Source of the DNA: Chlamydiales bacterium
Lineage (GTDB): Bacteria > Chlamydiota > Chlamydiia > Chlamydiales > SM23-39
DNA length: 32,000 bases
Direction: 5' to 3'
Assembly (NCBI GenBank): GCA_965261025.1
Contig: OZ253438.1
Coordinates: forward strand, 90,001-122,000
The translations under genes and the position numbers were made by a program. Of the stretch, positions 8,896 to 17,444 are shown piece by piece (the first letter of the stretch is position 1; each line of letters opens with the position of its first letter). A model generated the notes under the pieces. That model was not told where the DNA came from and ran no database searches. It saw only the letters and a list, made by a program, of their open reading frames with translations.

Positions 8896-9449
8896 AAATC
8901 CTGTTCTTTTTCAAATAACTCTTTGGCTTCCCAGGTTTTATGGGGTTCTTTTCTCAAAAAGGTAGCTATATCCTCTAGGTTTTTGTGAATCTTCCTAGTT
9001 TCTATAGTGGATAAAGGCTTCTGCATTAACTCAAAGTAGGGAGCTGCCATTTTTTGAAAGATTTCTAAAGGGATTTCTAGTTCTTTCGGACATCCTATAC
9101 AGAGAAAATGTTCTAGCTCTACTAAGAGATAAATGATTTTTGCCTTAGCATTGTTGTCACAAAGGTGATATACCAGTTCTTTCAAGGTATTTTCTATGGA
9201 AGATAAAAGAAGGGCTCCTCCATGAAATTCTTCTTCTAAAGCCTTTAGTTCTTCGTAGAAGGTGCGCTCTTCTTCTCTCGAAAGAATATGATTTTCTGCG
9301 ACGTGCATGATGGTAGCTAGATAGAAAAGGGAGTTTTCCAGTTTTTTTACATCGAATGCTCTATAAGTAAGCATCTTATGTAGGCTTTCTGCCGCTCTTT
9401 TGAGCTCTCCATTAGGAAGATCATGAGGATCAAAATAGGAAAGACTCAT
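8892..9449 (-). CDS. Hypothetical all-helical 185-aa protein with CxxC (CIGC)
   Basis: Uninterrupted 185-codon ORF with a G-rich SD-like GGGGGTGGG about 6 nt before the ATG. No family motif recognised. Its stop shares the TTAA tetranucleotide with the cutA stop (convergent 4-nt overlap). Confidence 0.6.
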   Translation of the reverse strand: MSLSYFDPHDLPNGELKRAAESLHKMLTYRAFDVKKLENSLFYLATIMHVAENHILSREEERTFYEELKALEEEFHGGALLLSSIENTLKELVYHLCDNNAKAKIIYLLVELEHFLCIGCPKELEIPLEIFQKMAAPYFELMQKPLSTIETRKIHKNLEDIATFLRKEPHKTWEAKELFEKEQDF

Positions 9450-9671
9450 AAAAAACCCACCCCCTAAGGGGATTATAGCCTCTTCTGCTGTATTTTTTCA
9501 ATGAGGAGAAAAAAGCTTTTTTAGCTCTTTTAAAAAGAAGGAGATAGGATAAGTATAAGAGTTGAATAAAAGGGGGAGGGGGTTTTATCTTCTTCTTAGC
9601 TTTAAAAAATAATTTGCCTAGAAATAGTTTTTTTCTAAGCTTGGAAAAGCAGGTCTTTAGAGGGGGATTAT

Positions 9672-10016
9672 ATGACTTATGGAGTAGAGATTCACATAGA
9701 AAAGATAGGGGGAAAGGTGGTCTTGCGTATAGAGGGGAGATTAGATGCAGTAACCTGTCCTGTAGTGGAAAGAAAAATCGAGTCCCTTCTGGAAGAAAAG
9801 CATATCCATCTTCTTTTGGATTTTAACGAGGTAGAGTATATGAGTTCAGCAGGCCTTCGCTTCTTACTTTCTTCTACAAAGAAGATAAAACATTTACAAG
9901 GATCTTTTATTTTATTCTCTATTTCTGAAGAAGTTTTAAAAATCATAAAAATGGCGGGCTTTGAAAGAGTTTTGTTTATTTGTAGGGATGAAAAAGAGGC
10001 CTTGCAGCAAAAATAA
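9672..10016 (+). CDS. rsbV: STAS-domain anti-sigma-factor antagonist (RsbV/SpoIIAA family)
   Basis: 114 aa with a typical STAS layout: GRLDAVTCPVVERKIESLL...LLLDFNEVEYMSSAGLRFLL...LKIIKMAGFERVL. It retains a candidate phospho-serine in the SSAGL motif. SD AGAGGGGGA lies just upstream of the ATG. Confidence 0.85.
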   Translation: MTYGVEIHIEKIGGKVVLRIEGRLDAVTCPVVERKIESLLEEKHIHLLLDFNEVEYMSSAGLRFLLSSTKKIKHLQGSFILFSISEEVLKIIKMAGFERVLFICRDEKEALQQK

Positions 10017-10025
10017 GTAGGTTTC

Positions 10026-11042
10026 GTGGACAACAGTTGTTTAGGAAGTCGAGAAGTAGAGTTTTTTTTCTCTCAGGTCTATTTTCCTTTAAAGAAAAAG
10101 ATACCTCTTTTTTCTTCTAAAAAAAGGGTAATGGTTCTTACGGGGCCAACAGCTATAGGAAAAACGGATCTTTCTTTAGAAATTGCAGAAAAAGTAGGAG
10201 GAGAAATCATTTCCGCAGACTCTATGCAGGTGTATAGAGGAATGGATATAGGAACGGCCAAAGCTACGGTTCAGCAAAGAAGAAAAATTCCTCATCACTT
10301 AATAGATGTTTGTGAGGTTTCTTCTGCTTTCAATGTAGTACAATACTATCATCTGGCAAAAAAGGTAATAGAGGAGATTTTCAGAAAAGGAAAGGTCCCT
10401 ATCGTAGTAGGTGGTTCTGGGTTTTATCTTCAGGTATTGATGGAAGGTCCCCCGATGGGTCCTCCTCCTGATTATGAACTTAGAAAGGTTATTGAGAAAA
10501 AAATGGAGCAATTAGGTCCTTCTGTTTTATATGAGCAGTTGCAGCTTTTGGATCCTGAGTATGCCAAAACAATAGGGGAAAAAGATCGTCATAAAATTGT
10601 GCGCGCGCTAGAAATTATCACTTTATCGGAAAAAAAAGTGTCTGATTTTCAGAAACAAGAAAAGGAAGTCGGCTCTTATAATTTCCGATGCTGGTTTTTG
10701 TATTATCCCAAGGAGATCTTATATCCTAGGATAGAGAAAAGGTGTGAGCAGATGCTAGAAAAAGGATTTTTGAGAGAAGTAGCTTCTTTGAAAAGAGCGG
10801 GATTAGAGAAAAATCTTACTGCTTCTCAAGCTATTGGATACAAACAAGCTTTGCAGTTTTTAAAGGAAGAAGAGAAGGAAGAGGTTTTTTTACAAGAATT
10901 TAAAAAAGTTTCTAGAAACTATGCCAAGAGGCAATTTACCTGGTTTCGTAAAAGGCTGCAGTTTCGTTGGCTTGATTTGGAAAAATTGGGCAAAGAAAAA
11001 GTAAAAGAACTGATTTTGCAAGATTATGAGCAAAGGATTTAA
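10026..11042 (+). CDS. miaA: tRNA dimethylallyltransferase (MiaA)
   Basis: Contains the P-loop LTGPTAIGKT, DSMQVYRGMDIGTAK, HHLID and VGGSGFY. The annotated start is GTG at 10026. An internal ATG (MVLTGPT) would leave too short an N-terminus. Confidence 0.9.
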   Translation: MDNSCLGSREVEFFFSQVYFPLKKKIPLFSSKKRVMVLTGPTAIGKTDLSLEIAEKVGGEIISADSMQVYRGMDIGTAKATVQQRRKIPHHLIDVCEVSSAFNVVQYYHLAKKVIEEIFRKGKVPIVVGGSGFYLQVLMEGPPMGPPPDYELRKVIEKKMEQLGPSVLYEQLQLLDPEYAKTIGEKDRHKIVRALEIITLSEKKVSDFQKQEKEVGSYNFRCWFLYYPKEILYPRIEKRCEQMLEKGFLREVASLKRAGLEKNLTASQAIGYKQALQFLKEEEKEEVFLQEFKKVSRNYAKRQFTWFRKRLQFRWLDLEKLGKEKVKELILQDYEQRI

Positions 11043-11073
11043 GGCTTTTTAGAAAAGCCATTTGCTTTTCTAA
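11043..11073 (+). terminator. Two mutually exclusive hairpins just after miaA (possible weak terminator / regulatory structure)
   Basis: GGCTTTT-tag-AAAAGCC (11043-11059) is followed by the T-rich ATTTGCTTTTC. It overlaps TTAGAAAAGC-cattt-GCTTTTCTAA (11049-11073), a perfect 10-bp stem. The stems are AT-rich, so stability is modest. Confidence 0.3.
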
Positions 11074-11108
11074 AGGGGGTTGATCTATGATCTTCGTTTG
11101 TTATATGA

Positions 11109-12575
11109 ATGGCAAAAAAGTTTTGGGTTATGACTTCTGAAAGCATGCCTTCCCGGGAAAAGCAAGGGGATTGTAAGAAAGAGCCCACCTTGGAAGAAAA
11201 GATAAGACATCTTTTAGATCTTATGAAGCGCGCCCTTTCTCAAAACGACTCTCCCCAGTTTAAAGAATTTTGGGAAGTTCGCAAAGAGCTTATTCCTCTT
11301 TTCAAGGAGAGGGGGGTTTCTTTTATAAAAAATCAGATGTGGAAGGAATTTATAGATCTTTCTTCTGAGGCCAGAAAATTAAAAGGGGTATTAGAAGAAC
11401 ATTCCTTATTTGCTGTAGAGCAGCTTGAACTTGCTTTAAAAGCGTTGCGAAAAGATTTAGAGGCAGTAAAGGATTTATCTTGCCCAGTGGAAAGGGTTTT
11501 TCTCTCTGAAAAAAGCAAGGTTCTTTCTCCTGAAAAAGAAAAAATTTCTTCTTTACAAAGGGAAATCTATCTCCTTTCTGTTTTGGGGCAAAAACTTCAT
11601 TCTCTACGTAAAGAAGTCATCCAAACTCCGATGCGAATGAGAAAGAAAAATGAGTTTTTTAAAGAAATGGGTGAGTTGGGAGATGCCCTTTTTCCTAGAA
11701 GAAAAGCAAAAATAGAAGAGCTTTCTTCTCTTTTTAAAACAGCCTGTTCTTCCTTTGTATTAGAGAATAAAAAGGGGGAAGAGCTGCACAGTAAGTTCCC
11801 TTGCTATGTTCTTTTACAAGAGATAAAAGCCTTACAGACTTGTGCTAAAGAGCTTAGCTTAACCCCCGGGGTATTTTTGCAAGTAAGAGAGCTTTTAAGT
11901 CTTTTTTGGGATGTTGTGAAGAGGGAAGAGAGGTTAAGAAAAAAGGATTTGCTCGAAAAAAAACAGGGGAAGGTAAAAGAACATACCATTTTTCAAGAAA
12001 AGATGGATTTATTTATCCAAAAGTGTGGGGAAGAAAAAGGCTCTTTGAAAGAGCTGGAAAAAGAAAGAGATCTTTTAGAAAAGGACTTAAATGGACTTTT
12101 TCTTTCTCCTAAGGAAATAAAGATCTGCAAGGACCAGCTAAAGAGATGTTTGGATCCTTTTTATGAAAAGTTAAAAAGACAAGTACAAGAAAAAGAGGAA
12201 AAGAAGCACCAAAAGGTAGAGGAGATAAAGCAGGAGCTTTTAGCTCTTTTGCAGGATTCTACGGAGGGTTTTTCAAAAAAGTACCAGGATTTAGTAAGTT
12301 CTTTAGATTTTTCTTCTATGGAAGGATTTGATGCGCTTTATGTTCGCCATCTTTTTTCCCGTCTTGAAGAGAAATTTTTACAAAAAGGAGAAAGCTCTAT
12401 AGAGGAGATAGAGCAAAGGATTGTTGCTTCAAAGCAAAGGTGTGATTCTTATCGTAAAATTTTAGCCTCTTCCAATCTAGATTTTTCTAAGGCTTTTCTT
12501 TTACAGGAAATGGTAGAGGCAGAAAAAGATCTGATAAAGACCCTTTCTTCTTTTTTTGAAGAAGAAGATTTTTAA
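11109..12575 (+). CDS. Hypothetical K/E/L-rich coiled-coil protein (488 aa)
   Basis: Long uninterrupted ORF with charged heptad-like sequence throughout. It has recurring aromatic helical motifs (FKEFWEVRKELIPLFKE, MWKEFIDLS, LFPRRKAKIEELSSLFK). No SD is obvious and the start is uncertain (alternative ATGs a few codons downstream). Confidence 0.65.
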   Translation: MAKKFWVMTSESMPSREKQGDCKKEPTLEEKIRHLLDLMKRALSQNDSPQFKEFWEVRKELIPLFKERGVSFIKNQMWKEFIDLSSEARKLKGVLEEHSLFAVEQLELALKALRKDLEAVKDLSCPVERVFLSEKSKVLSPEKEKISSLQREIYLLSVLGQKLHSLRKEVIQTPMRMRKKNEFFKEMGELGDALFPRRKAKIEELSSLFKTACSSFVLENKKGEELHSKFPCYVLLQEIKALQTCAKELSLTPGVFLQVRELLSLFWDVVKREERLRKKDLLEKKQGKVKEHTIFQEKMDLFIQKCGEEKGSLKELEKERDLLEKDLNGLFLSPKEIKICKDQLKRCLDPFYEKLKRQVQEKEEKKHQKVEEIKQELLALLQDSTEGFSKKYQDLVSSLDFSSMEGFDALYVRHLFSRLEEKFLQKGESSIEEIEQRIVASKQRCDSYRKILASSNLDFSKAFLLQEMVEAEKDLIKTLSSFFEEEDF

Positions 12576-12593
12576 GCGCTTTTTGGAAAGGAA

Positions 12594-13175
12594 ATGAAAG
12601 AGAGGAAAGTAGGTTTTTTCGGAGGGGGATTTGATCCTATTCATTTAGGGCATATTTACCTCGCTCTTCAAATACAAGAAAAAAAAAATCTAGATGAGAT
12701 CCTTTTGGTGCCTGCCTATTGCTCTCCTTTTAAGTGGGGGACTCCTCCGAAGGCTTCTAATAAGGATCGTCTTTGTATGGTAGAGTTAGTCACTAAGGAA
12801 TTTCCTAATTTTTCTTTTTTAGACTGGGAAATTTTCCAGGAAAAACCTTCTTATACGGTAGATACTTTGCAGCATTTAAAAAGGGATAAGAAATACCGTG
12901 AAGCGCAAATCCATCTTATTCTGACAGAAGAGGGAGAAAAGGGCTTTTCAGCTTGGAAAGAAGCTCCTCAGATTATGGCAATGGCAAAGATTTTAGTAGG
13001 GACAAGGTATAAGGGAAACACATCGAAATTTACCAAAGTAGATACGAAAATTATGGAAGTGTGTAGTTCTGAAATCAGGGAGCGTATTTTTGAAGGAAGA
13101 TGTGTAAAGCATCTTTTGCTCTCCTCCGTATTGCAATATATTGAAAAACGTGGTTTATACAAAAAAAGCCTATGA
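12594..13175 (+). CDS. nadD: Nicotinate-nucleotide adenylyltransferase (NadD)
   Basis: Contains FGGGFDPIHLGH (GxFxPxHxGH) and C-terminal SSEIRERI. SD GGAAAGGAA precedes the ATG. Confidence 0.9.
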   Translation: MKERKVGFFGGGFDPIHLGHIYLALQIQEKKNLDEILLVPAYCSPFKWGTPPKASNKDRLCMVELVTKEFPNFSFLDWEIFQEKPSYTVDTLQHLKRDKKYREAQIHLILTEEGEKGFSAWKEAPQIMAMAKILVGTRYKGNTSKFTKVDTKIMEVCSSEIRERIFEGRCVKHLLLSSVLQYIEKRGLYKKSL

Positions 13176-13543
13176 AATGGATAAAGAAAACCGCTCAGAT
13201 TATCTACGATAAAAAGGGTGTCAACCTGTTAGCTTTGGATATAAGGGGACTTTCTAGTATTACAGATTACATGATTATAGCAGAAGGAGAGATAGCTAGA
13301 CATGTAGTTTCTATAGCTAAAGCAGTTATAGAGGCCTTAAAAGATCAGGGCAAGATTCCTATGCAGGTAGAGGGGCTAGAAGTAGGGGATTGGGTTGTTT
13401 TAGATTTTCCTCAGTTTATGGTGCATCTTTTTGCTCCGGGACTTCGGGATTTATATCAGTTAGAGAAAATTTGGCCCCAGGGGAAATTGTTAGATTTAGA
13501 ATTGAAAGCTCTTTCTTTTTTTCAGGAAAAAGATGCTCCGTAA
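13172..13543 (+). CDS. rsfS: Ribosomal silencing factor RsfS (iojap/YbeB family)
   Basis: Contains ITDYMIIAEGEIARHVVSIAKAV and GDWVVLDFPQFMVHLFAPGLRDLYQLEKIW. ATGA overlap with nadD, the conserved nadD-rsfS pairing. Confidence 0.9.
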   Translation: MKWIKKTAQIIYDKKGVNLLALDIRGLSSITDYMIIAEGEIARHVVSIAKAVIEALKDQGKIPMQVEGLEVGDWVVLDFPQFMVHLFAPGLRDLYQLEKIWPQGKLLDLELKALSFFQEKDAP

Positions 13544-14504
13544 ACTACTGAAAAAAAAAGATCTTTCCCAAGAAGAGATTTTTTCTTTTTTTTCCCAGCT
13601 AGAGCAAGGGCATTTGAATGAGGTTCAAATAGCTTCTTTTTTTATTGCTTTGAAGATGAAAGGGGTTTGTGCAGAAGAAATAGGAAGCGCTTTTTCTTAT
13701 TTTCCTAAGGCTTTGCAAGCAAGTGCCTGCCTGGATATTACAGGAACAGGAGGGGCAGAGGGCAAACCGTATAACATTTCAACAGCAGCAGCTTTTTTAC
13801 TAGCGCTTTGTGGAGTAAAAGTGGCAAAACTTTTTATGCCTGCCCTTTTCTCCTCCTGTGGATCGCAAGAGATTTTACAAGCACTTGCGGTTCCTTCTCT
13901 ATTTGATTTAGTAGAACAGAAAAAAAATCTACGAGAAAAGGGGATAGGTTTTTTCTTTCTATCTCACCCTATTTTTTCCCACTTTTCTCCTATTCGCAAA
14001 AGCATTCGAGTCCCTACTTTACTCGATTTAGTGGCTCCCTTACTTCATCCAGTTTGTGTAGAAAAACAAATCATAGGAGTTGCAGAAGAAAAGGAGAGAA
14101 AGGCCTTAGCTATTTGTCTTAAAAACCTCTCTTTTCCTCGGGAGGTTGCTTTAGTAGGGTCTGAAGAGGGTATCGATGAAATTTCTCCTTATGCGCCTAC
14201 TCAGGTAATTTATGTAAAGCAGGGAAGCCTGAAGCAAGAAACTCTTTTTCCTGAAGATTTTGGGCTTTGTTCTAAGAGGAAGCCTTTTTTTTATAAAAAT
14301 GCCCTTACCTCTTCTGAAAATATCAAAGCAATTTTTGAATCAAAAGAGGGAAAAGCAAAAGAGTGGATTTTAGTAAATGCTTCTTTTGCCCTGCATTTTT
14401 TAGGGGAAGTTTCCTCTTTTTTAGAAGGAATGGAAAGGGTAAAAGAGGCTCTCGCTTCTTTTAAAGGAAAATCTTTCTTCTCAGGGAAAAAAAGTTTTGT
14501 GTGA
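13533..14504 (+). CDS. TrpD-like (glycosyltransferase family 3 fold) protein with degenerate active-site motifs
   Basis: Collinear with anthranilate phosphoribosyltransferase: N-terminal helical region, DITGTGG..NISTAAAF, GIGFFFLSHP and GIDEIS. The signature residues are replaced: GTGGDG becomes GTGGAE, KHGNR becomes KLFMP, and GSAD becomes GSQE. Confidence 0.65.
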   Translation: MLRKLLKKKDLSQEEIFSFFSQLEQGHLNEVQIASFFIALKMKGVCAEEIGSAFSYFPKALQASACLDITGTGGAEGKPYNISTAAAFLLALCGVKVAKLFMPALFSSCGSQEILQALAVPSLFDLVEQKKNLREKGIGFFFLSHPIFSHFSPIRKSIRVPTLLDLVAPLLHPVCVEKQIIGVAEEKERKALAICLKNLSFPREVALVGSEEGIDEISPYAPTQVIYVKQGSLKQETLFPEDFGLCSKRKPFFYKNALTSSENIKAIFESKEGKAKEWILVNASFALHFLGEVSSFLEGMERVKEALASFKGKSFFSGKKSFV

Positions 14505-14654
14505 GTAGACCAATATTTTTCCCCCTAGCGTAAGTTGGGTAGGGAAAACTTCTGCAAAAATAAATCTGAAATGGGATAGAATGGGCCTTTTATCAAGGAA
14601 AGAACTCTTTTTAGAAAAAGACAAGAAATAATTTTTCTTAGAGGATAGGATTTT

Positions 14655-15911
14655 ATGAAGAAAAAGCGTGTGGTGATAACAGGTCTTGGAGTTGTCAGCT
14701 GCTTTGGTACAGACTTGAATGTATTTTATGATGCTTTGCTACAGGGAAAAAGTGGAATCAAGCCTATTGAAGCATTTGACGTAAAAGAATATCCGACAAG
14801 GTTTGCAGGGGCTGTCCAAGATTTTGAAGTAGGGGATTATGTAGATAAAAAACAAGCAAGAAGAGTGGATCCTTTCATCCTTTATTCCATGGTAAGTGGG
14901 AAAAAAGCCCTGGAGTCTGCGGGGTTTGATCTTAAAGATCTTTCCTCCATAAATAAGAAAAGAGCTGGGATAATCATTGGCTCTGGTATGGGAGGAATGA
15001 AGAGCTTCTTAGAAGGGGTAGAAACTCTTTTAGACAAGGGATTTAAAAGAATATCCCCCTTTTTTGTTCCCTACATCATTACCAACATGGGAGGAGCCCT
15101 TTTAGCAATAGATTTGGGATTTCAAGGGCCGAATTATTCGATTTCAACCGCTTGTGCAACAGGTAGTTATTGTATTTTTCAGGCAGCAGAACATATTAGG
15201 CAAGGACATGCTGATCTCATGCTCTGTGGAGGAGCAGAGGCTCCTTTAACACCAATTGGTTTGGCGGGCTTTGTGGCTTGTAGGGCTCTTTCTACTAGAA
15301 ATGAAGAGCCACAAAAAGCCTCTCGTCCCTGGGACAAGAATAGAGATGGTTTTGTTATGGGAGAAGGGTCGGGTGTTTTAGTATTAGAAAGCTTGGAACA
15401 TGCTCTTCAAAGAAAGGCGCCTATTTATGCAGAATATTTAGGAGGAGCGGTGAACTGCGATGCTCATCATATTACCGATCCCATAGCAGATGGGTCTGGG
15501 GTTGCTTTTTGTATAGAAAATGCTTTAAAAGACGCCTCTGTTGGTAAAGATAGGGTAAGTTATATAAATGCTCACGCTACTTCTACTTTAGCGGGAGATC
15601 TTTGTGAGGTAAGAGCGGTTAAAAAAGTATTTCCTGATTATAAAAAACTTAAGATGAATGCCACTAAGTCAATGATAGGGCACTGCTTGGGAGCGGCAGG
15701 GGCTTTAGAGGCTATTGCTACCGTTATGGGGATTTATAAAAAGAAATTACATCCAACTATCAATGTGGAAGAGCCGGAAGAGATTTTAGAAGGTATGGAT
15801 ATTTTGAAAGAAGGAGCTAAAGAGTGTGAAGTAGAAGTAGCGATTTCTAATTCTTTTGGATTTGGAGGACATAATTCTACTTTAGTGTTTGGAGCTTACC
15901 ATGGCAACTGA
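14655..15911 (+). CDS. fabF: 3-oxoacyl-ACP synthase II (FabF)
   Basis: Contains VVITGLGVVS, the active-site Cys in ISTACATGS, DAHHITDP, INAHATSTLAGD, KSMIGHCLGAAGALEA and NSFGFGGHN. Confidence 0.95.
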   Translation: MKKKRVVITGLGVVSCFGTDLNVFYDALLQGKSGIKPIEAFDVKEYPTRFAGAVQDFEVGDYVDKKQARRVDPFILYSMVSGKKALESAGFDLKDLSSINKKRAGIIIGSGMGGMKSFLEGVETLLDKGFKRISPFFVPYIITNMGGALLAIDLGFQGPNYSISTACATGSYCIFQAAEHIRQGHADLMLCGGAEAPLTPIGLAGFVACRALSTRNEEPQKASRPWDKNRDGFVMGEGSGVLVLESLEHALQRKAPIYAEYLGGAVNCDAHHITDPIADGSGVAFCIENALKDASVGKDRVSYINAHATSTLAGDLCEVRAVKKVFPDYKKLKMNATKSMIGHCLGAAGALEAIATVMGIYKKKLHPTINVEEPEEILEGMDILKEGAKECEVEVAISNSFGFGGHNSTLVFGAYHGN

Positions 15912-16335
15912 GTTTTTAGAGGAATTTTCGTGTGGTATTCTACCTTGTAGAAAACAAGGGGAAGAGTGGTTCATCTTTTTAGTTCAGCATAAAAGGGGAG
16001 GTCATTGGGGTTTTCCGAAAGGACATAAAGAGAAAAAAGAAACAGATAAACAGGCAGCCTTTAGAGAACTTTTAGAAGAAACAGGATTGAAAGAAAAACG
16101 ACTTTTGAAGGAAGAGTCTTTTTCAGAAAAGTACGTTTTCCTACGAGAAGGGAAAAAAATTCATAAGAGGGTAGTCTATTTTTTAGCAGAAGTGAAGGGG
16201 ACGGCTTCACTTCAAAAAGAAGAAATCTTGCAAGGGAAATGGTTTTCTTTAAAAAGAGCTAGAGAAAAAGTCTCTTTTGAAGAAAGTAAGATAGTTTTGG
16301 GAAAAGCCATTTCTTGTTTAGAGGGAATAGGTTAG
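15901..16335 (+). CDS. Nudix-family hydrolase
   Basis: Complete Nudix box GHKEKKETDKQAAFRELLEETGL (Gx5Ex7REUxEExGU). ATG 15901 (MATEF) is preferred over the ORF-track 15889. It overlaps the fabF end by 11 nt. Confidence 0.85.
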   Translation: MATEFLEEFSCGILPCRKQGEEWFIFLVQHKRGGHWGFPKGHKEKKETDKQAAFRELLEETGLKEKRLLKEESFSEKYVFLREGKKIHKRVVYFLAEVKGTASLQKEEILQGKWFSLKRAREKVSFEESKIVLGKAISCLEGIG

Positions 16336-16389
16336 AGAATTTTTGATCTATTTTCTTTCCCAAATTCTTTATCTTAAGGAGAAGAGATT

Positions 16390-16950
16390 ATGTTATTTTC
16401 TGAAAAGCTTTACACAAAAAAAATAAGCGCTCGTTTTTTAAGAGAGTTTTTAAAAATAGTTTTTGCGGCAAATCTTATTGCGGTTTTTTCTCACGCAAAA
16501 CTTTTTATACCTGGAAATCCTGTTCCTTTCGTATTTCAGTCTACTGTGGTTTTATTTCTACCCTTTTTTATGGGAAGGAAAGCCTCTTTTGCGGTTTTGC
16601 TTTTTTTGTTTGAAGGGTTAATGGGCTTTCCTGTTTTTGCTCAAGGAGGAGGCTTAGCGTATCTCTCCGGAGTAACAGGAGGATATTTAGTAGGCTATTT
16701 TGTAGCAGCTTGCGGGCTGGGCGTTTGGACAGAGGTTTTTCCTGTAAGAAAGACTTCTTCTATTTTAGCTCTTCTTTGTTTTGGTCAAATTGTGATCTAT
16801 GCTTTTGGTGTATTGCACCTCTCTTCTTTCGTAGGATGGGGCTCTTCCTTTTCTCTGGGGATTTTCCCTTTTTGTTTATCTGATTTAGGCAAGATTTTTT
16901 TAGGGATACTCTCTCTTAGAAAATGGCTACTTCCTAGCCCCTCCATCTAG
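16390..16950 (+). CDS. bioY: BioY-family biotin transporter S-component
   Basis: 186-aa protein with about 6 TM segments. BioY-like motifs are PVPFVFQSTVVLF and GVTGGYLVGYF. SD AAGGAGA lies upstream. Confidence 0.8.
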   Translation: MLFSEKLYTKKISARFLREFLKIVFAANLIAVFSHAKLFIPGNPVPFVFQSTVVLFLPFFMGRKASFAVLLFLFEGLMGFPVFAQGGGLAYLSGVTGGYLVGYFVAACGLGVWTEVFPVRKTSSILALLCFGQIVIYAFGVLHLSSFVGWGSSFSLGIFPFCLSDLGKIFLGILSLRKWLLPSPSI

Positions 16951-16953
16951 TAT

Positions 16954-16982
16954 AAAAAGCCCCTCGTCTGAGGGGCTTTTTT
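16954..16982. terminator. Bidirectional Rho-independent terminator shared by bioY (+) and the 83-aa ORF (-)
   Basis: AAAAA-GCCCCTC-gtct-GAGGGGC-TTTTTT: a perfect 7-bp GC-rich stem with a 4-nt loop, flanked by an A-run and a T-run. It starts 4 nt after the bioY stop. Confidence 0.75.
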
Positions 16983-16994
16983 AGGATAGGTTTC

Positions 16995-17246
16995 TTAGAA
17001 GAAAGGGTTAAAGTCCTTTGTTCTCTCTGGGGGATCTTTAGAGATATTTTTTGGCAAGGGTAGAGAGGGATTACCTTGTTTCAAAAAGGGCCCAAACTCC
17101 TTATAAAAGTGTTGGATTTTAGGCAAAACTCCCTGAAGGAATTTATTTATGCTGAAAGCAGAACTTTTTAAGGGAGAATTTTTTGGATCGGACTTTTGAT
17201 AGTCGGGACCTTCTCCTCTGGGGCCTACTCCTTTAGTTTGTGACAT
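16995..17246 (-). CDS. Hypothetical small Pro/Lys-rich protein (83 aa)
   Basis: Strong SD (TAAGGAGGTTAT-ATG) on the minus strand. The ORF ends just before the bidirectional terminator. No TM segment, signal peptide or family motif recognised. Confidence 0.55.
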   Translation of the reverse strand: MSQTKGVGPRGEGPDYQKSDPKNSPLKSSAFSINKFLQGVLPKIQHFYKEFGPFLKQGNPSLPLPKNISKDPPERTKDFNPFF

Positions 17247-17444
17247 ATAACCTCCTTAAACTAGCAACCTCTTCTTACGAGATTTATAGCAAAAAAAACA
17301 AAACAACAAAAGATTTTATTGAACTATTTTCCGCTAAGAAAGTTCAAAAAGAATCCGTTTTTTCTTTAACGAAAGAGGAGTTAGGCCTTAAACTCTCCCC
17401 CGTTTATTCATTTTTTAGCATAATTTTAAGGGAGTATAGAAAAT

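Noticed and set aside
14505-14654. Imperfect inverted repeat TTTTCCCCCTA...TAGGGAAAA downstream of the trpD-like gene as a terminator, and TAGAAT as a fabF -10 element.
   Set aside because: The stem is bulged, has a 12-nt or longer loop and no following T-tract. The -10 candidate lacks any acceptable -35. This is too weak to report as a feature.
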